From a bacterium (lineage in GTDB: Bacteria; Zhuqueibacterota; Zhuqueibacteria; Oceanimicrobiales; Oceanimicrobiaceae): a DNA stretch of 64,000 nt. Below, piece after piece: positions 37,435-46,189 of this stretch. A program made the position numbers and the translations under genes. The stretch covers positions 106,723 through 170,722 of the forward strand of contig JBHHYI010000001.1 in the NCBI GenBank assembly GCA_046757525.1. Direction: 5' to 3'. How positions within the stretch are numbered: position 1 is the stretch's first letter; each line of letters opens with the position of its first letter. Below the pieces are notes generated by a model. That model was not told where the DNA came from. It did not search any database and was given only the letters and a program-made list of their open reading frames with translations.

Positions 37435-39525
37435 ATGAATAGTCGCCAGCTAAACTCGGGCAGATCCGCTTTACAGGTTGTCATCCAGCGCACGGATATT
37501 TTTCTTGCTGTGGCTGTGGTCTCCATTTTGATATTCATGATCATCCCGCTGCCCAGCTTCTTTTTAGATATTCTGCTCGCTCTGAACATCCTGTTTTCTT
37601 TGATGATTCTACTGGTGCCCATGTACGCCATTAAGCCACTGGAGTTTTCCGTCTTCCCCGGCATTTTATTGCTCATCACCCTCTTTCGCCTTTCTCTTAA
37701 CGTGGCGTCCACGCGGTTAATCTTAGGGGAGGCCTTCGCCGGCGAAATCATCCAGGCTTTTGGAAGCTTTGTGGTGAAGGGCAATTATGTGGTAGGATTG
37801 GTCATCTTCATCATACTGATAACGATTAATTTTGTGGTAATCACCAAAGGCGCGGGAAGAATCGCGGAAGTAACGGCGAGGTTTACCTTGGATGCCATGC
37901 CCGGCAAACAAATGGCTATCGATGCCGACTTGAACGCAGGTTTGATCGACGAAAAAGAAGCCAGAGCCCGCCGGGACGAGATCCGAAAAGAGGCCGATTT
38001 TTATGGGGCCATGGATGGGGCCAGCAAATTTGTGCGCGGCGATGCGGTTGCCGGTCTTTTGATCACAGCCGTCAATATCCTGGGCGGCCTTGTCATCGGG
38101 GTTGTGCAGCTAAAAATGAGCTTGCAAGAAGCCTTGACCACCTATACCATCCTGACGGTAGGAGATGGCCTTGTGTCGCAGATTCCGGCGCTCATCATTT
38201 CCACGGCGGCCGGTATTATTGTCTCCAAAGCTTCTTCTGAATACAGCCTGGCCCAGAGCCTGGTAAACCAGTTTCTGGCAAAGTCCAAACCCATCTATAT
38301 CGCCGCCGGCGTTCTGTTTGTGCTGGGATTCGTCCCTGGACTCCCCACACTACCTTTTTTCACCTTGGGAGTTATTACGGGTGGGATTGGCTACTTCACC
38401 ACGGGAATGGTCTCTGAAATGATGCGCGAAACCGAAGAGGAAGGTGAGGAGGAAGTAGCGCCCTCGCAAAAAGATAGGGTTGAGAACTACTTACATGTCG
38501 ACCCCCTCGAAATTGAAATTGGCTACAGCTTGATCCCGCTCATTGACGTCAATCAAGGTGGAGACCTCCTGGACAGCCTGACCATGATTCGAAAGCAGAT
38601 TGCTCAGGAACTTGGCATCATCGTGCCACCCATCCGCATCCGCGACAATGTGCAATTGAAGTCCAACCAATATGTGATCAGAATCAAGGGTAACCAAGTT
38701 GCTCAGGGTGAGGTCATGAACGGATATTATCTGGCACTCACACCGGATGGCGCATCCGATGAACTGGAAGGCATAAAGACCATAGACCCCACCTTCAACA
38801 TGCCCGCTTACTGGCTCAATGAAGAGCAAAAAGACAAAGCCGAGATGAAGGGGTATACCGTTGTTGAAGCGTCGGCAGTCATCGGCACCCATTTAATGGA
38901 AGTGCTTAAAACCAACGCTTACAGAATAATAGATCGGCAGGCGGTGCAGAATCTTCTGGACAGTTTTAAGGTAGAGCACCCCGCTGTTGTGGAGGAGTTG
39001 GTCCCTAATCTGCTGTCGGTGGGGGTCATTCAGAATGTCTTGAGGAATCTCCTGAAGGAGCACATTCCAATTAGAGATTTGACTACCATCCTCGAGTTGT
39101 TAGCGGATTACGCGCCTTTGACCAAAGATCCGGAACTGTTGACTGAGAACGTGCGGGTAGCCCTGTTTGAAACCATCACCAATCTGTACAAAGATGATGA
39201 TGGCACGCTGACAGCGATCACCCTGGATCCCAGATTAGAGAACTATGTTACGCAGCAGTTGGAAGGTGGCAAACGCCCCCGGCAAAACTTCGACTTGCCG
39301 CCGACCGCGGTGAACGAGATATTCTCCGGAGCCGCAAACAAAATGCAGCAGTTGATTGCCACCATCGGCAAGGCCGTGCTGGTGACAAGTCCAGCAATTC
39401 GCCGTTACGTTAAGCGTTTCTTTGAGCCAGTCCTGCCCAAACTGATCGTTTTGTCCTATGCAGAATTGTCCCCGGAGTTGCAAATTAATTCAATAGGCAG
39501 TATTGGAATCTCCAACTATGATTAA
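37435..39525 (+). CDS. flhA: Flagellar biosynthesis protein FlhA
   Basis: 696 aa, FHIPEP family. Confidence 0.9.
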   Translation: MNSRQLNSGRSALQVVIQRTDIFLAVAVVSILIFMIIPLPSFFLDILLALNILFSLMILLVPMYAIKPLEFSVFPGILLLITLFRLSLNVASTRLILGEAFAGEIIQAFGSFVVKGNYVVGLVIFIILITINFVVITKGAGRIAEVTARFTLDAMPGKQMAIDADLNAGLIDEKEARARRDEIRKEADFYGAMDGASKFVRGDAVAGLLITAVNILGGLVIGVVQLKMSLQEALTTYTILTVGDGLVSQIPALIISTAAGIIVSKASSEYSLAQSLVNQFLAKSKPIYIAAGVLFVLGFVPGLPTLPFFTLGVITGGIGYFTTGMVSEMMRETEEEGEEEVAPSQKDRVENYLHVDPLEIEIGYSLIPLIDVNQGGDLLDSLTMIRKQIAQELGIIVPPIRIRDNVQLKSNQYVIRIKGNQVAQGEVMNGYYLALTPDGASDELEGIKTIDPTFNMPAYWLNEEQKDKAEMKGYTVVEASAVIGTHLMEVLKTNAYRIIDRQAVQNLLDSFKVEHPAVVEELVPNLLSVGVIQNVLRNLLKEHIPIRDLTTILELLADYAPLTKDPELLTENVRVALFETITNLYKDDDGTLTAITLDPRLENYVTQQLEGGKRPRQNFDLPPTAVNEIFSGAANKMQQLIATIGKAVLVTSPAIRRYVKRFFEPVLPKLIVLSYAELSPELQINSIGSIGISNYD

Positions 39526-40642
39526 GAAATTCAAAGCCCCGAACATGAAAGACGCCATGAAAATGGTCAAGGAGAGTTTGGGCGAGAATGCCGTGATCCT
39601 GCAGACCCGTAAGATCAACCGTGGCGGCTTGTTTGACATTATGAACCCGCAAATGGTCGAGATCACTGCCATCGCCGAGAACCAGCACGTCACACCACCG
39701 GCCGCCAACAAACTGCCCAAAGGGGTCTATTCGCCCCCATCGGTAGTCAAGCGGCTGAGGGGCACCAATACCAACCACCTGGCGACAGCAATCAAAGCGG
39801 AGTTGAAAGACCTGAAGGACGCCGTCATTCAAGTGTCCGATTATTTGCATTTTTCAAAAATGCTTTTGCTGCCAGAGTCGTTTCGTTATTTGGTGAACCG
39901 AAAAGGCGTGGATGAGGATTTGGCTGTTGAGTTGGTGCAAAAAGTCATCTTTAAACTCAGCGGCGACGAATTGCAGGACAAAAGCACGATAAAGGAGGCT
40001 TTGTCACAACAAATCAAGGACTGTCTGAAAGTAGCTGGCAAGATCAAATCAGTTCCGGGCAGGCCCAAGATCGTTTTGCTTGTAGGACCTACGGGCATGG
40101 GGAAAACGACCACCATAATCAAGCTGGCCACCCACCCGCAGTTTTATGGCAGCCAAAGGGTTGCCCTGATCACCATTGACACTTACCGCGTTGCAGCGGC
40201 CGCCCAGCTCAAAACCTTCGCCACTCTGGCAAAATTGCCGTTGGAAGTCGTTTACGAGCCGGAAGATTTCGCCAGGGCGCTGGAGGCTTTCAAATCGTAC
40301 GCTGTCATACTGGTCGATACGGCGGGGCGCAGCCCCCTGAACGAAAAGCACTTACAGGATCTAAAATCTTTCTTGACGGTAGGCGTGCCGGACGAGGTGC
40401 ATCTGGTTCTGTCGGTATCCATGCGCGCCGACAATCTCCTGGATGCCGCGCGGAATTTTTCGTCTTTGCCGGTCAGCCAACTGATATTCTCAAAATTGGA
40501 TGAAACGCCTCGAATCGGTAATATTCTGAATGTGGCACAGAAACTCGACTTGCCCATTTCATTCTTGACAAACGGGCAAAACGTCCCGGAGGATATTCTC
40601 CTGGCCAAAAAAAATTACCTGGCCGATTGTATTCTTGGTTAG
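39518..40642 (+). CDS. flhF: Flagellar biosynthesis regulator FlhF (SRP-type GTPase)
   Basis: Start trimmed to ATG 39518 (MIKKFKAPNMKDAM…). G-motifs GPTGMGKTTT and DTAGR. Confidence 0.85.
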   Translation: MIKKFKAPNMKDAMKMVKESLGENAVILQTRKINRGGLFDIMNPQMVEITAIAENQHVTPPAANKLPKGVYSPPSVVKRLRGTNTNHLATAIKAELKDLKDAVIQVSDYLHFSKMLLLPESFRYLVNRKGVDEDLAVELVQKVIFKLSGDELQDKSTIKEALSQQIKDCLKVAGKIKSVPGRPKIVLLVGPTGMGKTTTIIKLATHPQFYGSQRVALITIDTYRVAAAAQLKTFATLAKLPLEVVYEPEDFARALEAFKSYAVILVDTAGRSPLNEKHLQDLKSFLTVGVPDEVHLVLSVSMRADNLLDAARNFSSLPVSQLIFSKLDETPRIGNILNVAQKLDLPISFLTNGQNVPEDILLAKKNYLADCILG

Positions 40643-40694
40643 AATTTGCCGATATGAATGATGTGGCAGAATTTACGAAATTGGTGCCGTAGCG

Positions 40695-40889
40695 GTGAAC
40701 AAGTTTATCCTCAAATTCAGTTTGTTTGTGGCAATCCTTACCCTGGTATGTTGCATGATATCCAGTATCTCGTTGCAGGAAAGCCTCTTCAGAGCCCTGT
40801 TGGTCTTTGCCGGTGCGTATGCCGTTCTCGTTGCCTTTTTCATAGGGCTTAAGCTCATTCTAAATGCCAAACAAACTAAAAGGAGCTGA
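40695..40889 (+). CDS. Small (64 aa) two-helix membrane protein occupying the position normally held by flhG; translationally coupled to fliA
   Basis: GTG start. Two hydrophobic helices. Its stop overlaps the fliA ribosome-binding site. Confidence 0.4.
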   Translation: MNKFILKFSLFVAILTLVCCMISSISLQESLFRALLVFAGAYAVLVAFFIGLKLILNAKQTKRS

Positions 40890-40891
40890 AA

Positions 40892-41659
40892 TTGGAAAGT
40901 GAAGAGTTGGTTAAGGCCTACAAGAGAAACCCTGAGCCTGAACTGCGGGAACAAGTGGTGGTTCAGTTTCTGCCAATTGTGAAATATGTCATCGGCCGAA
41001 TGCATTTGACGGTCAAGAACAAAGCTGAGATAGAAGACATCCATAGCGCTGGAATTTTGGGGCTGCTCCATGCCCTCGAAGATTTTGACGTGGCCAGAAA
41101 CACGAAATTCAAGACTTACGCGACCTGGAGAGTGCGCGGCTTTATTCTGGATTATTTGCGGCAAATTGATTTCCTGAGTAGAACCGATCGGGCCAAGATT
41201 CGGGCCATTGAAAGAGTGATCGCCGAGCTGACCCAGAAATACGGTCGCGAGCCTTCCAACCAGGAAATAGCCCAGGAAATAGACGTGGACCTGACAGAAT
41301 TCAATCGCTTGCTGGAATTGACCCAGTTGAATTTCATCGTCCCGTTTGACCAAAAACAGGCGCTGAACGACGAGCAAATAACCTTGAGCGAAGTCATTGC
41401 CGATGAATCCAATGAAGGCCCGTTCGAACAATCCAGTAAAAGTGATCTTTTGAATCTGGTAAAAGAGGCCATCGGCAACTTGCCAGAACGGCTCAGGCTC
41501 ATCGTTCTCATGTATTACAACGACGAAATGACTTTGGCAGAGATCGGAAAGGTCTTGTGTCTTTCTGAGTCTCGGGTGAGCAGACTGCTCGGGAAAGCCT
41601 TGCTTTCCATTCGTCAGGAAATCCTCGAAATCAATGTTCCAAGCAAAGTTCCCATTTAG
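40892..41659 (+). CDS. fliA: Flagellar sigma factor FliA (sigma-28)
   Basis: TTG start with AAAAGGAG 6 nt upstream. Sigma-70 region 2 (…YATWRVRGFILDYLR…), region 3 and region 4 HTH (…MTLAEIGKVLCLSESRVSRL…). Confidence 0.9.
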   Translation: MESEELVKAYKRNPEPELREQVVVQFLPIVKYVIGRMHLTVKNKAEIEDIHSAGILGLLHALEDFDVARNTKFKTYATWRVRGFILDYLRQIDFLSRTDRAKIRAIERVIAELTQKYGREPSNQEIAQEIDVDLTEFNRLLELTQLNFIVPFDQKQALNDEQITLSEVIADESNEGPFEQSSKSDLLNLVKEAIGNLPERLRLIVLMYYNDEMTLAEIGKVLCLSESRVSRLLGKALLSIRQEILEINVPSKVPI

Positions 41660-41676
41660 AAGGAAGGTGATGCGAC

Positions 41677-41946
41677 ATGTCCGATTTGGTGATTCCCAGG
41701 AATTTACCAAACGCCAATCCCATCGACAAGGTTGAACAAACCCAAAAGTCGCAACAAAACGACGAGCAGAAAAAAACAGACCAGGACAAGCGCAACAAGA
41801 AGCGTCATAAACAACAGAAAGCTCCGGAACAAGACCAGGACCGCGTCTTCATCTCATCACCCACTGCGGTTACAAAAGCCCGTAAGCAGGGAAAAAAAGG
41901 GCCCAAAAAGCTGGGCAAAGGGGACATAATAGATATTCAAGTATGA
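41677..41946 (+). CDS. Hypothetical small basic (K/Q-rich) protein downstream of fliA
   Basis: 89 aa, ATG with GGAAGG upstream. Its stop overlaps the next start (ATGA). Confidence 0.4.
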   Translation: MSDLVIPRNLPNANPIDKVEQTQKSQQNDEQKKTDQDKRNKKRHKQQKAPEQDQDRVFISSPTAVTKARKQGKKGPKKLGKGDIIDIQV

Positions 41947-43004
41947 ATTGTGCGTTTCACAGAATGATGGCCTATTTGGCACTTCCCGTTTGGACCTTGT
42001 GTTCTTGCGCAGTTGGCGCCAGAGGTGCAGAGCTTTTGGACATCCGCACCGGGTTTCACCAGTCTTACTCGCGGTTGGTCCTGCAGTTTGATTCAAAGGT
42101 AAACTACGAGGTGTCAAAGGAGCTCGAGGAGGGCAAGATCGCGGTTAACCTTCAGCCGGTGACAATCACCTCGGATTTTGGACCAACCCCGGTGGAAGCC
42201 GATGACCTGTTTTTGCGACAAGTCCATTACAGACATTCTTCACACCGGCTAACGGTGACGTTATTGTTGAGAACCTCGAACATCCGGTTGGTTGAATACA
42301 CTTTGGAAAGACCGTACCGGCTGGTCATCGACCTGCACCAGGGCAATTTCTCTGAAGAACTGAAGCAGGACAGCTCGTTCGTTCCTCCTGCACCTGCGGC
42401 TCCGGAAATGCCAGTGGCAACCGACTCGTCTTCTTTAACACTGATAGACACGCTCAAGGATAGCGAAGCCACTCTGCACACAAGCGAGATTCTTTTGAAC
42501 CATCCTCCAATGAAAAGCTCGGTTCAAATCGGGCCCCGTGGCAGCAGAATCCGTATGTTTCTGGGGGTCACAATCATTCTTGTCTTAATAGATATTTTGA
42601 TCTTTCTTTTTTACAAGATAAGGAAGAGCCGAATCCACAACTCTTCGGAAGATTCAAAAAAAACACAAACAACGGTCGCGCGCCCCGGGGCTGAAGCCAA
42701 CCCCCACTTCAAAGCCGTGTTGGGTATGATGGTGAAAGATGAGCACACCCACAAGACCAGTGTCGCCGATTTCCGAAAGGCAAATGGTCAGCAGGCTGCG
42801 GACCTGTCGGCCCGACTTGAATCTTTGTCCAGAGTGCTCTTTTCAGGACGTTCCGCTACCCGTCTCGGTCTCGATCCTGAGGACCTCAGTGAGGGCATGG
42901 GAGAGTTGGAAGCTGCTTCAGGCATCCCCAAGGAATTCTGGATCGGTCGAGATGGCATCGAGTTTGTCAACAACATCAAGAAACTCAACATGAACATGAA
43001 TTGA
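41943..43004 (+). CDS. Membrane protein with an N-terminal periplasmic AMIN domain, a Pro-rich linker, one TM helix and a ~140-aa cytoplasmic tail
   Basis: Signal-like N-terminus. AMIN-like region …YSRLVLQFDSKVNYEV…HRLTVTLLLRTSNIRLVEYTLERPYRLVIDLHQ. TM helix MFLGVTIILVLIDILIFLFYKI. Confidence 0.5.
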   Translation: MNCAFHRMMAYLALPVWTLCSCAVGARGAELLDIRTGFHQSYSRLVLQFDSKVNYEVSKELEEGKIAVNLQPVTITSDFGPTPVEADDLFLRQVHYRHSSHRLTVTLLLRTSNIRLVEYTLERPYRLVIDLHQGNFSEELKQDSSFVPPAPAAPEMPVATDSSSLTLIDTLKDSEATLHTSEILLNHPPMKSSVQIGPRGSRIRMFLGVTIILVLIDILIFLFYKIRKSRIHNSSEDSKKTQTTVARPGAEANPHFKAVLGMMVKDEHTHKTSVADFRKANGQQAADLSARLESLSRVLFSGRSATRLGLDPEDLSEGMGELEAASGIPKEFWIGRDGIEFVNNIKKLNMNMN

Positions 43005-43142
43005 AGTAGTAAAAACTACCAAACCGTTCGGGTTTTCTGGTAAAAACTCCCACCGACCTTCAACAATTTGTCCTTTTCTGACCTCTTCTTAATTCAATAA
43101 TAATAAATTACTTACTCGCCTCCACGGCTGGTTGATTTGTGC

Positions 43143-43159
43143 CTGGCACATTAGTTGCG
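43143..43159 (+). promoter_or_regulatory. Sigma-54 (-24/-12) promoter for flgF: CTGGCACATTAGTTGC
   Basis: Same core as the flgB promoter (CCTGGCA[C/T]ATTAGTTGC). GG/GC spacing is 10 nt. Lies 30 nt upstream of the flgF ATG. Confidence 0.7.
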
Positions 43160-43189
43160 CAAATGTGCAAAAAAAACAGGAAATCAACG

Positions 43190-43936
43190 ATGTTAAAAGG
43201 ACTTGAATTGACGGGCCGTTCAATGGCGACGAGAATGGCTCAAATGGACGCGATCACCAACAATCTGGCAAATATTAGCACCAGGGGTTTTAAGAGAGAC
43301 ATGGTGTTTATTCACAGCGTTGCTGAAAACCTGCGCCAGATTGACCGAAAGGACGGCTCCGTTCAGCACCGAACTGTTGCGTCCACTACTCTGGACTTGA
43401 CCCAGGGTAGTTTGGTGGGTACGGAACGGCCTCTGGATCTGGCCATCTCGGGTGACGGCTTTTTCGTGGTTGAGACTTCCGAGGGCGCGGCCTACACTCG
43501 AAACGGGCAATTCACGCTGAATGCAGAGGGGGTCTTGACCACTTTAGACGGGAAGGTTGTTTTGGGCGAAGGGGGCGCCATTGAAATAAACATCGATCAA
43601 AAAACACCAAATCAGATTCTAATCAATGAGCAGGGAGAAATTCTGCTCGATGGCAACCTGATAGACAAATTGCAGATTGTAGCCCCGGAAAATCCGAACA
43701 AGCTGCTTAAGGCGGGTGCTAATCTTTTCAAGTTGGCAGATGAGACCACTTCCATGCAGCCGGTCGAGTTGGTTTCGGTGAAACAGGGCTTTCTCGAAGA
43801 ATCCAATGTCAACCCAATGTTGGAAATGATTGCCATGATGGAAAACTTGCAGCACTTTCAAATGGATCAGAAGATCATCAAGACAGAAGATGAAATGCTG
43901 GGCCGTGCTGCAAACAACATCGGAAGGGTGACCTAA
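43190..43936 (+). CDS. flgF: Flagellar basal-body rod protein FlgF
   Basis: Trimmed to ATG 43190 (MLKGLELTGRSM…). N-terminal and C-terminal rod domains. Confidence 0.8.
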   Translation: MLKGLELTGRSMATRMAQMDAITNNLANISTRGFKRDMVFIHSVAENLRQIDRKDGSVQHRTVASTTLDLTQGSLVGTERPLDLAISGDGFFVVETSEGAAYTRNGQFTLNAEGVLTTLDGKVVLGEGGAIEINIDQKTPNQILINEQGEILLDGNLIDKLQIVAPENPNKLLKAGANLFKLADETTSMQPVELVSVKQGFLEESNVNPMLEMIAMMENLQHFQMDQKIIKTEDEMLGRAANNIGRVT

Positions 43937-43975
43937 GCTAACCACAGTCATTGAACTAACTCAGAAGAGGACGAA

Positions 43976-44764
43976 ATGATCAGATCGCTTCGAACGGCTG
44001 CTTTAGGCATGTCAGCCCAGAGTCTGCGAGTTGACAATATTGCCAACAATCTGGCCAACGTCAACACCACGGCTTTTAAGAAAAGCACCATTGAGTTTCA
44101 GGATTTGTTCTACCAGAGCTTTCGCCCGGCCGGGGTCAAAGATCAGTCGAATGCTGAAATTCCCACCGAGCTGCAAATTGGGCACGGCAATCGGCCAGTG
44201 GCCACGATCAAAAACTTTTCGCAGGGAGATGTGGTAAACACCGGCAACGCTCTGGACCTTTCTTTAAACGGGGAAGGATTTTTTCAAATTCAACGGCCGG
44301 ACGGTTCCATCGTTTACACCCGGGACGGCAGCTTCAACCTCTCTTCTAAAGGGCAGATCGTCAATTCCTCCGGACTGCTCCTGGATCCGGAAACCTCGAT
44401 TCCGGAAGAGGCGGTCAGCATCAATGTTGGTTCAGACGGCAATATCTCCGTCCTGCTGCCCGGCGAATCTACTCCGCAGGAAGTTGGTCAGATCGAGTTA
44501 GCCAAATTCATCAATCCGGCCGGTCTCAAAAGCATCGGAGGCAATCTTTACGAAGCCACGGCAGCTTCCGGCGAACCCACGCTGGGCACACCGGGAAGCG
44601 ACGGCATCGGCAGCGTGCTACAAGGCTTTCTGGAAAAATCCAATGTGGAAGTGGTGCAGGAGATGGTTGAGCTGATCGTAGCGCAACGCGCGTACGAAAT
44701 CAACGCCAAAGCGATCCGGACGGCCGAGCAAATGATGGAAATCGCCAACAATATTAAACGATAG
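43976..44764 (+). CDS. flgG: Flagellar basal-body rod protein FlgG
   Basis: 262 aa distal rod protein. N-terminal IANNLANVNTTAFK, C-terminal …VAQRAYEINAKAIRTAEQM…. Confidence 0.9.
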   Translation: MIRSLRTAALGMSAQSLRVDNIANNLANVNTTAFKKSTIEFQDLFYQSFRPAGVKDQSNAEIPTELQIGHGNRPVATIKNFSQGDVVNTGNALDLSLNGEGFFQIQRPDGSIVYTRDGSFNLSSKGQIVNSSGLLLDPETSIPEEAVSINVGSDGNISVLLPGESTPQEVGQIELAKFINPAGLKSIGGNLYEATAASGEPTLGTPGSDGIGSVLQGFLEKSNVEVVQEMVELIVAQRAYEINAKAIRTAEQMMEIANNIKR

Positions 44765-44772
44765 TATGAGAA

Positions 44773-45519
44773 GTGATGGAGCAACCGAGAGAAAACTGGC
44801 TGGACAGGCGATCAATACTGTTTGCAATGGTCCTTTTGTATTTTGGGTCGGGGGTTTGTGATGTTCGCAGCGCCAGTGTGCGAAAGATACCGGCGAGGAT
44901 GAAGGAGAGCATCGAACGCTATGTTTACCAAAACTCCGACGTCCCCAAAGAGGACGTGGTGATCGAATTTGGTTCCTTCAGCGGAGAGATTGCCAACATA
45001 AGCGCAGCCGCTGAATTCAGAGTATTGCCGTCCAGAGGTAAGATCAAAAAAGGCAGCCAGATGATTCGGTGCGGCTTGTTTCTGGACAATGAGTTGCTCA
45101 GGCGCTTTGCGGTCCGGATCAACGTGCGGGTTTTTCAGACCGTGGTTGTGAGCAACAGACCCCTTTCCCGCCTGACCCTTCTGGCAGACGACTTCTTGAG
45201 CCTGAGCAGACGAGAGACCACCCATATTTCAAGAACCATTTACACGTCAAAGGATGGACTGGTGGGGCTGAGGACCAGACGCTTCGTGCAATCCGGTGAA
45301 ATCGTGACCGAGGATTTGGTGGAAGTGCCACCGCTGATTGCCCGCGGCAAAGAGGTGAGAATCATTTTCAAGAAGGACGCTCTGGAGATTTCCGTGACGG
45401 GCGTTAGCCGAGAGGACGGGCGTTTGGGAGAAACGATCAAGGTAAAATGTCTGGAAACCAACAAGACCTTCAAGGCAAACGTGGTGGACGCTACCACGGT
45501 AATCGTACCATTATTATAG
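44773..45519 (+). CDS. flgA: Flagellar P-ring assembly chaperone FlgA (SAF domain)
   Basis: 248 aa. C-terminal SAF-like region. Sits before flgH-flgI. Confidence 0.6.
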   Translation: MMEQPRENWLDRRSILFAMVLLYFGSGVCDVRSASVRKIPARMKESIERYVYQNSDVPKEDVVIEFGSFSGEIANISAAAEFRVLPSRGKIKKGSQMIRCGLFLDNELLRRFAVRINVRVFQTVVVSNRPLSRLTLLADDFLSLSRRETTHISRTIYTSKDGLVGLRTRRFVQSGEIVTEDLVEVPPLIARGKEVRIIFKKDALEISVTGVSREDGRLGETIKVKCLETNKTFKANVVDATTVIVPLL

Positions 45520-45528
45520 GATGCTGAC

Positions 45529-46173
45529 ATGAAAAATCTGAGTACAAAGACCCGAATAGCCGCTCTAACCGTCGTTCTGTTTGTTGCACAAACTGGCTTT
45601 GCACAACAGTACAAATATTTCCGGCATCCGTCTCTTTACACCGACGTGAAAGCCCGAGGGATCGGAGACGTGATTACCATCCTGATTGTAGAGGCCACCA
45701 ACGGCTCTCGACAATCGGATGTGACCTCTTCGGACAAATCTGCGCTGAGCGCTTCCGGAAGCGTCACCGGCAATCTCACTAAATTCCTGCCGTTGTTTGG
45801 GGCCTCGTCTGACTTTTCCAAGAGTTACGACGGCAGCGAGGCAACGGCGCAAAAGGACCTGCTCACTGGCAAAATCACCGCCGTGGTCACGCAATTTACG
45901 CCAAGCGGGAATTTGGTTTTGCAGGGCAAGAGGCGTTTGGAAGTAAACGGGGAAACGCACATTTTAGAACTAAAAGGCATTGTCAGACCCAAGGACATCG
46001 ACTCGAACAACATCGTTTTTTCCTATAATCTCGCCAATGTGGAAATCGCTTACAAGAAAGCGGGCCTGATGAACAGGCTTGGGAAGCCCGGTTGGGTCGC
46101 GCGCTGGAGCACCTGGCTGCTGGCCCTGGGTTTAGGTGGGGCGGCTTATTTAGGCGTTTCAGCAGCTAATTGA
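45529..46173 (+). CDS. flgH: Flagellar L-ring protein FlgH
   Basis: 214 aa, signal peptide, FlgH family. Confidence 0.85.
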   Translation: MKNLSTKTRIAALTVVLFVAQTGFAQQYKYFRHPSLYTDVKARGIGDVITILIVEATNGSRQSDVTSSDKSALSASGSVTGNLTKFLPLFGASSDFSKSYDGSEATAQKDLLTGKITAVVTQFTPSGNLVLQGKRRLEVNGETHILELKGIVRPKDIDSNNIVFSYNLANVEIAYKKAGLMNRLGKPGWVARWSTWLLALGLGGAAYLGVSAAN

Positions 46174-46189
46174 AGGACGTCGCTCAAAA

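Noticed and set aside
40648-40655. GCCGATAT box upstream of the small ORF and fliA, considered as a sigma-28 promoter
   Set aside because: Only the -10-like element is present. No TAAA -35 element occurs at the expected 15-nt spacing. It is kept only as a weak possibility within the flhG-absence finding.
40673-41710. 345-aa minus-strand ORF covering the whole fliA region
   Set aside because: fliA on the plus strand has unmistakable sigma-70 region 2/3/4 motifs, a ribosome-binding site and translational coupling. The antisense ORF is low-complexity.
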